A DNA stretch of 64,000 nucleotides from Candidatus Omnitrophota bacterium. Lineage in GTDB: Bacteria > Omnitrophota > Gorgyraeia > Zapsychrales > JANLHA01. Below are positions 57,144-64,000 of this stretch, one piece after another. Position numbers and translations under genes: made by a program. Position 1 is the stretch's first letter. Every line of letters begins with the position of its first letter. Location: positions 2,868 to 66,867 of the forward strand of contig JAHFFT010000001.1 of NCBI GenBank assembly GCA_023247795.1, given 5' to 3'. A model generated the notes under the pieces. That model had not been told where the DNA came from, ran no database searches, and was given only the letters and a program-made list of their open reading frames with translations.

Positions 57144-57226
57144 TTGTTGCAGCCCGGCCACCATAGAAGTATCCTTAGGTCCGAGGCTTTGCGCCCTTAA
57201 GTTTCCTTAAGTTTGCCTTTCGAGAG
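57144..57226 (-). promoter_or_regulatory. c-di-GMP-I (GEMM-I) riboswitch aptamer
   Basis: Minus-strand RNA is CUCGAAAGGCAAACUUAAG-GAAA-CUUAAGGGCGCAAAGCCUCGGACCUAAGGAUACUUCUAUGGUGGCCGGGCUGCAAC. It has the GEMM-I core plus a GAAA tetraloop and both halves of the 11-nt tetraloop receptor (CCUAAG / UAUGG). Confidence 0.9.
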
Positions 57227-57267
57227 TCCTCCCCTACTTTTCTCACCTCTGAGAACCTCTCAATTAG

Positions 57268-57295
57268 AGCATATCACATTTTGGTGGTTTGACAA
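57268..57295 (-). promoter_or_regulatory. Candidate promoter for the riboswitch leader
   Basis: The minus strand reads TTGTCA - 16 nt - TATGCT, about 40 nt upstream of the aptamer. Confidence 0.3.
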
Positions 57296-57454
57296 GGTGG
57301 CTAGAGGGAATTAGACTAGAATCATAATATATTGAAAATAAATGAGTTATGGATTAGACATTTACAGATCCCTAAAATGAAGCATGCTCGCAACCAAAAT
57401 CGCGCCTCAAGAGAATCAAATGGGAGCCAAGTCCGGATCTGACTCACTTTTTAT

Positions 57455-57512
57455 ACTTAAAAACAATCTCAGGTCGTACAGCGGCTGGATATTGATGATG
57501 GAGACAAAACTT
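57455..57512 (-). repeat. Orphan copy 1 (most decayed) of the 3' end of gene 60206..64000
   Basis: 57474..57510 TCGTACAGCGGCTGGATATTGATGATGGAGACAAAAC aligns to 60234..60273 with a 3-nt deletion. It would encode FVSIINIQPLYDL. Confidence 0.7.
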
Positions 57513-57538
57513 GTGTGAATAGAAAAACTTCCTCAAAA

Positions 57539-58720
57539 TTATTCATTCAAAGATTGTATCCGTTGATAACAATCAAGAACATTCAGGTAGGAATGAATTG
57601 AAACATCTTCCCTGTTAAATTCATTTTTGCCTCCATAAACGACAGCCCGGCCCAACATATCTTTGCCAGCCAAACGCTTTAGAAAATCAAGGCCTTTAAA
57701 AAATTCCTCATGTATGGTCTGCCCCGCTTTGATTTCGACACTCATAATCCGGCGGGCCTTTTCGATGATCAGGTCCACCTCGCTGCCGTGATTATCCCTA
57801 AAAAAATAAAGCGGCGCCTCTCGCCCCTGCGACCAAAAATATTTCAAGAATTCAATGACCACAAAATTTTCAAACAAGGCACCCCGCAAAGGATCACGGC
57901 TCATCTGAGAAGACTTTTCGATCCCCAGCAAATATGCCGCGAGTCCGGTATCGTAAAAATACATTTTAGGGGCCTTAATGATCCTTTTCTTCCAATTACG
58001 GTAATAAGCTGGAAGCAAAAAAACCACATAGCTCGCTTCCAGAACAGACATCCATTCCTTGATCGTCGTATGCGAAACCCCTAAGTCATTGCTGATACTA
58101 GAGAGGTTAAGTATTTGACCGATCCGCCCGGCGCATAGTTTCAAAAATTTCTGGAATGAAGAAAGGTTCTTGACATTGATGACCTGCCGCACGTCCCGTT
58201 CCACATAGGTCGCGACATAGTCGCGCATCGCGTCGGAAGGGTCAATCTTTTGATCAAAAATCCTGGGGAAAAACCCTGTGTGGACAATGTCATCCGCTGT
58301 ACGCTTTTGGATCAAAGAACGGATTTCCTCCACCGAAAAGGGCAAAAGTTTCAGGACGGCCGTACGGCCGGCCAAAGACTGCCGAATGGACCGCAATAAC
58401 AAAAGGTTCTGACTACCACTGAGAATATACAGACCATTTTTGTTACGTTCATCGACAATCCCCTGAAGATAAGAAAGGATTTCCGGGACCCGTTGGACTT
58501 CATCCAGAATAGCTCCTTCAGGATAACGGCCCAGAAACCCCCTGGGATCCTGCATGGCTAGTTCACGAATATCCGGAATCTCAAAAGAAAGATAAGATTT
58601 TTTGGGGAAAACTTTACGGCACAACGTGGTTTTGCCGGATTGCCTAGGCCCGGTCACCGAAACAACCGGATAATGTCTGGCGGATTCCCTGAGTTTGGCT
58701 TCAAGAATTCTAGTGATCAT
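57539..58720 (-). CDS. AAA+ ATPase with C-terminal PD-(D/E)xK nuclease-like domain (AAA_14/DUF4143-type architecture)
   Basis: ATG 58720 gives MITRILEAKL. Walker A GPRQSGKTT, Walker B AILDEVQRVPE, and C-terminal GSEVDLII...MSVEIKAG (D...ExK). The ORF-track extension to 58864 reads through repeat copy 2. Confidence 0.75.
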   Translation of the reverse strand: MITRILEAKLRESARHYPVVSVTGPRQSGKTTLCRKVFPKKSYLSFEIPDIRELAMQDPRGFLGRYPEGAILDEVQRVPEILSYLQGIVDERNKNGLYILSGSQNLLLLRSIRQSLAGRTAVLKLLPFSVEEIRSLIQKRTADDIVHTGFFPRIFDQKIDPSDAMRDYVATYVERDVRQVINVKNLSSFQKFLKLCAGRIGQILNLSSISNDLGVSHTTIKEWMSVLEASYVVFLLPAYYRNWKKRIIKAPKMYFYDTGLAAYLLGIEKSSQMSRDPLRGALFENFVVIEFLKYFWSQGREAPLYFFRDNHGSEVDLIIEKARRIMSVEIKAGQTIHEEFFKGLDFLKRLAGKDMLGRAVVYGGKNEFNREDVSIHSYLNVLDCYQRIQSLNE

Positions 58721-58791
58721 AAATAAACCATACCACATCTTGTACAGTTTGCAAGTTAAATATTCAATTAGTACAGATTTGTTCTCAAACC

Positions 58792-58909
58792 TTAATTCCC
58801 AAAAAGGTCGACAGATCGTAAAGCGGCTGGACATTGATGATGACCGGGACAAAACCTGGAGCATTTTGCAATTGTTTGAGCAGGGCGGGATCGAGATGAA
58901 ATTGGATTT
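58792..58909 (-). repeat. Orphan copy 2 of the 3' end of gene 60206..64000 (118 bp, about 89 percent identical by hand count)
   Basis: Aligns base for base with 60210..60327, with 13 mismatches by my count. It retains the frame KIQFHLDPALLKQLQNAPGFVPVIINVQPLYDLSTFLGIKV-stop. No homologous sequence lies upstream of it. Confidence 0.85.
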
Positions 58910-58976
58910 TTATGGAATACACAATTCTTCGGTTGTTTTAAAAATATTATTGACAAAGGCTCCATATTCGTCGAAA

Positions 58977-60161
58977 ATGGAGTCTATGCAATACATATTA
59001 AGACTGACCGAAAACGATATCCAAAACTCTTTACAACGCAATAAAAGTGTTTTATTGTTGGGCGCTCGTCAAACCGGTAAAACAACCCTCATTCAGCGGC
59101 TGCCGGCCGACTTGTCGATTTCCTTTGTCCGTCCGGATGTCAGGCAGCAATACGAAAAAAACTCCACGCTTTTAGTGGGAGAAGTTGAAGCACTAAAGAG
59201 CAAAACGCCCGCGGCTCGCCCCTTGGTTGTTTTAGATGAGGTCCAGCGTGTCCCAGAAATACTCGACATCGTTCAGGATCTCATTGATCGAAAAATAGCC
59301 AACTTTATTTTAACCGGATCCTCCGCAAGAAAATTACGCCATGGATCTCACATCAACCTTCTTCCGGGAAGAGTGACGGCTTTAAAACTAAATCCACTTA
59401 ACATTCAAGAAATTCCGCAAACAGATCTTAAAACGCATTTGCTCTACGGCTCTTTGCCGGCTATTCATCAGGTTACTTCACTGAAAGACAAAGAAATCGA
59501 CCTAAGCTCTTATGTCATCACCTACCTCGAGGAAGAAATCCGTGCCGAAGCGATTGTTAGAAATTTAGGGCCGTTTGCCCGCTTTCTGGAATCAGCGGCT
59601 ATTGAATCAGGAAAGGTCGTGAACTTCAGAAAACTTTCTCAAGAAATCGGTGTTGCCCACACAACCATTGCCTCTTATTATCAAATTTTGGAAGACTGCC
59701 TGATTGTCGAAAAAATAATGCCACTGACAAAAAGCGAAACACGCAAAAAGCTGACCAAAACCCATAAATATATCTTTTTCGATATGGGCGTTCGACGGCT
59801 CACCGCGCATCAAAATACTCAATTGACCAAAGAAATGTGGGGATATCTGTTCGAACAATTCATTGGACTTCAGCTCATTCAACTAGCCGAGCTCTCCGAT
59901 AAAAATATCCAGATCAAATTTTGGCGAGATCCCGATGGCCCGGAAGTAGACTTTATTGTCGACAACAATCATAGCTACTTGCCTCTAGAAGTCAAATGGA
60001 CAAAAAGCCCTACAGCAAAAGACGTTAAACATCTGAAAGTATTCTTAAATGAATATCCCAATGCTAAACAAGCCTATCTCATCTGCCAATGTGAGCGGGA
60101 TGTTGCCCTTGAAAAAAACATTACCGCAATCCCCTGGCAAAAAATAAAAAATATTTTTTAA
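58977..60161 (+). CDS. AAA+ ATPase with C-terminal PD-(D/E)xK nuclease-like domain (second, divergent paralogue)
   Basis: ATG 58977 gives MESMQYILRL. Walker A GARQTGKTT, Walker B VVLDEVQRVPE, and C-terminal GPEVDFIV...LPLEVKW. The ORF-track start at 58695 is an antisense read-through of repeat copy 2. Confidence 0.75.
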   Translation: MESMQYILRLTENDIQNSLQRNKSVLLLGARQTGKTTLIQRLPADLSISFVRPDVRQQYEKNSTLLVGEVEALKSKTPAARPLVVLDEVQRVPEILDIVQDLIDRKIANFILTGSSARKLRHGSHINLLPGRVTALKLNPLNIQEIPQTDLKTHLLYGSLPAIHQVTSLKDKEIDLSSYVITYLEEEIRAEAIVRNLGPFARFLESAAIESGKVVNFRKLSQEIGVAHTTIASYYQILEDCLIVEKIMPLTKSETRKKLTKTHKYIFFDMGVRRLTAHQNTQLTKEMWGYLFEQFIGLQLIQLAELSDKNIQIKFWRDPDGPEVDFIVDNNHSYLPLEVKWTKSPTAKDVKHLKVFLNEYPNAKQAYLICQCERDVALEKNITAIPWQKIKNIF

Positions 60162-60205
60162 TAAAATATTCAGCCATACCTATTTTTCCTCAGAATCGGA
60201 TCGCT

Positions 60206-63200
60206 CTATTTAATTCCCAAAAAGGCCAATAAATCGTACAGCGGCTGGACATTGATGATGACGGGGACAAAACCCGGGGCATCTTGCAGTTGCTTGAGTA
60301 GGGCGGGATCAAGATGAAATTGGATTTCACCGTTCTGATTTACTTTCAGGTTCATTTTGTTAGGATCGAAATCAATACCACCAAGCTGATCAGGACGATC
60401 CGACATCTCCGGTGCTGCGTCCTCACCTAACATCAACCGATCCGACGCTCCTCCGCCATTGGGCTTCTGATTTTGTAAACTGTCCTCTGCATTACTTTGC
60501 ACTTCTCTAATTTTAGCTTCAATGCGATTGACCGCGTCAGGGTACAATTTACCTTCAACGAAATCGGCCTCATTCAAAGGAACCCAATATTTCGCTTCAA
60601 TCTTCTCTATCCCAACACCGATTAAATCATTGGAATGGTTTTCAAAATGTTCACGCATCAATGCGAACGCATCGGCTGTAGATAAATATTTTATCATTTT
60701 AATAAAATCCACACTGCTGTTTATCGCAGCAACTTGCTTAGTTAGTCTTTCCTCGATATCCAATTCCATTAATTCTGTCTTGTCATCCAAGGTTGGCGTA
60801 TACTCCCCTAATTTTTGAATATATATTGTATGTTCTTTCCCTTCCTCAATGTCACAAGAATAGCCAATGTTGCGCAAAATAATTGATAATATTTCTTTAT
60901 CCTTATATTCACTGTCAAATAAAATGAACCAACCATCATTCTCAAGGACACGCATAACCTCTTTTAAGACCACCATAAAATCTTTGATCGAAATAAAATA
61001 TACCATCACAAAAGACTCGTTGATAATGTCTATGGACTGATTACTAAATGGTAGCCGACGGAGATCACCATTGACAAGCTGCACACCTGGCAACGATTGT
61101 TTAGGATCGATATCCATATCAATGCCTATCCCTTCTACTTGATCACCTAATTCTTTCCTAAGTTCGACCAACGCCCTGCCTTCTGGACCAGAACCCAAAT
61201 CTAAAACCCGCAATTTACCTGGCGCCTTTCGCGCCAGATGGTCTTTGATCAGCTCCAAATGTTTTAGCAAATAATCCGGTCTATTACTATCACGGGCATA
61301 TTTCTGATGAAACACCTCCCACAAAAAAATCTCGTCTTTCTCAAGAGTCCCCAATTCTTTCAGACGATTTATTAATCTTCCCACAATCTTACCTTGCAAA
61401 AGTTCTTGCATATTAAACTTTCTAAAATATTGGACCATAATCATGCCAAGATGTTCTGGGATTGGCTTTTGAATTCCACTGAAACGAAGCCATCCTTCGT
61501 TTAACAGTCGCACTTTTTCATCCATGCTCAAAGACTCCTCCCCCAATTTAACACTCAAAATTTCTGCGAATTTTTCAACATCATCTCCGGTCTCATTCAA
61601 TATTCCCTGAAATATATCCTGACCAAGCATTAGACGATCCGCTGTTTCTACAGTAGCAGACGGCTCCGCCAAATCCCTCATCGCCATTTCATCTAATATT
61701 TCAATAGAAGGATTCTTTGCCATCCTGATCTGCTCCGGCTCTAAAACCGCGATATGAATATTCCTACTCCCAAACATAACCGCATCTTCATCTTGCAGCT
61801 CTCTCAATCCTGTAAAAAATAAATTATCGTATGCTTTTCCCAAAAATTCTGTGACATTGACATATTCAGGATGCCGTTCAATGACATTCAAAGGTTTTCT
61901 GACATTCAAAAAAGCAGACATTAAAATCTTCTTTACTGTATTAGGGACATATAATTGCTCTCCATTAATTTTTATAAGATGACAATTAATTTTATTTGGT
62001 GCTAATCCATCAAATAAATCAGCAAGCTCTGATTGAACAAACAAATTCTTTCCATCAAAAACTACGATTCCAGGTTTCTTTGTAAACGATACCCGATCCA
62101 GATTCTCTGCGTTTTCGATAAATTCATTCCATTTTTTAAACACTGCAGGCGTATCGGTAAGATTAAACTTTTCTTTTAGCAGAGATAACATGCTTTTTAA
62201 AAATTTAAATCTAAAATAGCTAAATTCATTCACAACAAAATCTCGATCTGAAGAGAAATAAAATGCATGTCTTTCACCAAAATCAAAATTCCTGCGCGCA
62301 TTTTTATCAAATTCATTAAATTCCCTGCCAGTTCCATGATAAAAAATTTTGGGCTCACCGGTTTCGGCATCAATCATTTTCGAGGCTAATTCGGGATGAT
62401 TTATCCAATCTCCAAACCATGCGATAAAATCAGGATCTCTCACTTGTAAAAAATGTAGGAGCCCAAGTTTAGAGGGTTTGCCATTTGGCGCTTTCAATTC
62501 AACCACTTTTCCATCTTGAATTTTAATGTTTCCATTCAAAACTTCTCTATTAAAAATCTGCTTATAAATTTCTATATCAATATGATCATCATATCTTTCT
62601 GTCAATGTTGACAACATCAATCGATCAAATCGCCCAACTTCATCCGCTGTTTCTACAGCGGCAGGCGGCTCCGCCAGATCCCTCATCGCTTGATTGCGCT
62701 CGGTGATCTGCTGATCGAGATCAGCGCTGCTACGCATCTCGATTCGATAGACCATTGCTTGCTCGCTTATCATCTCTTCAACCACTTTTTGGAATAAAAC
62801 CGCTGTCTCCGGCGAAGAATGGATGACCCTTCTGTAAATCTCCCTCTGATTTTTATCATTAATCCGCCAATAGGAAACATATCTCCTTATGAACTCTTCC
62901 ATTGATAAATCCAAAGGAACCCACCCCCATTCCGATTCCGGCAATTGCCTGATGAACGCGATCGTCGCTGCCGGTAAATTCAATCGCCGCGGCAGAACCT
63001 CATTAAAAATGCTGTCGCGGGACGGACTTTCAACGCCAATGGTATCCGCAAATCGATCCAGATGGTATAAACGAAACAGCAAGGCTCCAAGATGATCATC
63101 TCTCTCTTTCATCAGCGCCCTTTCCACAGCAAAATCAAAAAATTCTGCATTCGCAACATTGATTCTCTGGGCAACAAACAGCTCTTTCATAATTTTTTGA

Positions 63201-64000
63201 TGACCTTTTCCAGCAAGTGATTGGTACACCTCCCAAAGCAATCGTACCTGCTGTTTTTCGTTCAAATGTCTTAAAGGGATAAGTTGCTGAAGTCGTCTCG
63301 CCAGTTCCTCAAAATTCCTTGCCGTCATAATTGGATAAATCAATGTGGATGAAGACAGCCCCATCAATTCCGCGATCTTTGTATAAGCCCTTATCAGATC
63401 TCGATAATCTTTTGCCTTTTTAAAAAGTATTTTTTTTCGCGTGTAAATTAAGCTATACGGTGAGACGCTGCTCAAATCGCGATTCTCCAATGCATAAGCA
63501 ATGATTTCATCTTTAAAACGTTTAAAGGCATCGAATTCCGCGTCAAACATCTCAGGAGTTTGATTTGGATTGACATTGATTTTCCTTAAAACATTTTTTC
63601 TAAAAAAATAATTGTGAAGTTCATGATGAAATTCGTGTCTTGAGGTACTGTCGTCTTTAAAAATTTTGGTTTCTTGCAAGCTTTTGGCTAATTTGGGCCT
63701 TGGTAATAGCATAAACCCCACATCTCTGCTATTACTGCTCATAAAACAAACAGCCACTCCATTAAAAATAAATAATTTTTGATCACGGAGCAATTCAAAA
63801 AAAGGATCTTCAACTTCCAGCATAAACACACCCGGTTTGATTTCGATCAAAACTCCAGCTTTCCGATTTGCTTGGACGTCGCTCGGGCCAATCTGATATT
63901 GTTTAATGAACTCTAAAACCTGTTTCAAATCTTCCGCAATCTTCTTTGCTCCCCTATTGAAACCATTTGCAATGATAGCAACTGACAGAAAATACAATAC
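60206..64000 (-). CDS. Large modular protein (at least 1263 aa; 5' end probably beyond the right window edge): HExxH module, YHGT ART-like module, class-I SAM methyltransferase module, shared C-terminal domain
   Basis: The frame is open to the window edge, and the track start is a TTG 3 nt from the edge. HEFHHELH at ~63614..63640. FYHGTGREF at ~62331..62345 and AFYFSSDRDF...SY at ~62247..62266. VLDLGSGPEG at 61179..61207. C-terminal LGGIDFDPNKMNLKVNQNGEIQFHLDPALLKQLQDAPGFVPVIINVQPLYDLLAFLGIK at 60209..60388. Confidence 0.8.
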   Translation of the reverse strand, partial: VLYFLSVAIIANGFNRGAKKIAEDLKQVLEFIKQYQIGPSDVQANRKAGVLIEIKPGVFMLEVEDPFFELLRDQKLFIFNGVAVCFMSSNSRDVGFMLLPRPKLAKSLQETKIFKDDSTSRHEFHHELHNYFFRKNVLRKINVNPNQTPEMFDAEFDAFKRFKDEIIAYALENRDLSSVSPYSLIYTRKKILFKKAKDYRDLIRAYTKIAELMGLSSSTLIYPIMTARNFEELARRLQQLIPLRHLNEKQQVRLLWEVYQSLAGKGHQKIMKELFVAQRINVANAEFFDFAVERALMKERDDHLGALLFRLYHLDRFADTIGVESPSRDSIFNEVLPRRLNLPAATIAFIRQLPESEWGWVPLDLSMEEFIRRYVSYWRINDKNQREIYRRVIHSSPETAVLFQKVVEEMISEQAMVYRIEMRSSADLDQQITERNQAMRDLAEPPAAVETADEVGRFDRLMLSTLTERYDDHIDIEIYKQIFNREVLNGNIKIQDGKVVELKAPNGKPSKLGLLHFLQVRDPDFIAWFGDWINHPELASKMIDAETGEPKIFYHGTGREFNEFDKNARRNFDFGERHAFYFSSDRDFVVNEFSYFRFKFLKSMLSLLKEKFNLTDTPAVFKKWNEFIENAENLDRVSFTKKPGIVVFDGKNLFVQSELADLFDGLAPNKINCHLIKINGEQLYVPNTVKKILMSAFLNVRKPLNVIERHPEYVNVTEFLGKAYDNLFFTGLRELQDEDAVMFGSRNIHIAVLEPEQIRMAKNPSIEILDEMAMRDLAEPSATVETADRLMLGQDIFQGILNETGDDVEKFAEILSVKLGEESLSMDEKVRLLNEGWLRFSGIQKPIPEHLGMIMVQYFRKFNMQELLQGKIVGRLINRLKELGTLEKDEIFLWEVFHQKYARDSNRPDYLLKHLELIKDHLARKAPGKLRVLDLGSGPEGRALVELRKELGDQVEGIGIDMDIDPKQSLPGVQLVNGDLRRLPFSNQSIDIINESFVMVYFISIKDFMVVLKEVMRVLENDGWFILFDSEYKDKEILSIILRNIGYSCDIEEGKEHTIYIQKLGEYTPTLDDKTELMELDIEERLTKQVAAINSSVDFIKMIKYLSTADAFALMREHFENHSNDLIGVGIEKIEAKYWVPLNEADFVEGKLYPDAVNRIEAKIREVQSNAEDSLQNQKPNGGGASDRLMLGEDAAPEMSDRPDQLGGIDFDPNKMNLKVNQNGEIQFHLDPALLKQLQDAPGFVPVIINVQPLYDLLAFLGIK
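61637..62689. repeat. Intragenic ~49-bp direct repeat encoding the inter-module linker
   Basis: 62641..62689 and 61637..61685 (CCGCTGTTTCTACAG..GCAG.CGGCTCCGCCA.ATCCCTCATCGC) encode AMRDLAEP(P/S)A(A/T)VETAD, each followed by DRLML. A third DRLML is encoded at ~60428..60445. Confidence 0.8.

Noticed and set aside
58695-58976. N-terminal 94-codon extension of the plus-strand ATPase ORF, and the matching 58721..58864 extension of the minus-strand ATPase ORF
   Set aside because: Both extensions run through the orphan 3'-end repeat copy (in one case antisense to it) and precede the conserved ATPase N-terminus. Internal ATGs at 58977 and 58720 give normal-length proteins.

Overview
This is a 64-kb bacterial chromosomal window, transcribed almost entirely on the minus strand. 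All calls come from reading motifs by eye. No searches, alignments or statistics were run.

Housekeeping blocks:
- A partial xseA (missing from the ORF track) plus sixA at 0-1.7 kb.
- A complete, translationally coupled dcw cluster at 25.2-41.7 kb: mraZ, rsmH, ftsL, ftsI, murE, murF, mraY, murD, ftsW, murG, an HExxH peptidase, a murC::ddl fusion, ftsQ, ftsA. No ftsZ follows ftsA.
- ribF, truB, nrnA, rbfA, a CCA/poly(A) polymerase family gene, a Xer recombinase, a lipoprotein, ligA, acyP and tRNA-Pro(CGG) at 41.8-50.0 kb.
- An SDR epimerase, metF, and a UvrD-like helicase overlapping an EndoQ-like PHP nuclease at 50.1-55.0 kb.

Accessory blocks of interest:
1. A long minus-strand operon at 2.4-14.3 kb. 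It encodes an outer-membrane barrel, a TPR lipoprotein, an 834-aa TPR protein, a PqqD-like protein, two ATP-grasp ligases, a PLP decarboxylase, a urea-transporter-like channel, a sirtuin and a macro domain protein. I do not recognise this combination.
2. Two c-di-GMP-I (GEMM-I) riboswitches, each with an intrinsic terminator. One precedes a signal-peptide-bearing G/Q/E/M/H-rich low-complexity protein (15.9 kb). The other precedes a small membrane protein (57.1 kb).
3. Two very large proteins that share a ~55-aa C-terminal domain: 2093 aa at 16.0-22.3 kb, and more than 1263 aa at 60.2-64.0 kb, truncated by the window edge.
4. The second large protein is modular. It carries an HExxH motif, a YHGT...FYxSxD ADP-ribosyltransferase-like signature and a class-I SAM methyltransferase motif, joined by a recurring DRLML linker.
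5. The 3' end of that gene recurs as two decaying orphan copies. Together the three copies bracket two AAA+ ATPase / PD-(D/E)xK nuclease genes, which looks like a cassette or recombination hotspot.

Several dispersed intergenic repeat families are also present: CCTCGCAG...CTGCGAGG hairpins, phased CAAGTNN heptads and GTCCCTWAAGGGAC palindromes.

The MurC-Ddl fusion and the giant secreted proteins would fit a PVC-type or uncultivated lineage. That placement is inference only.
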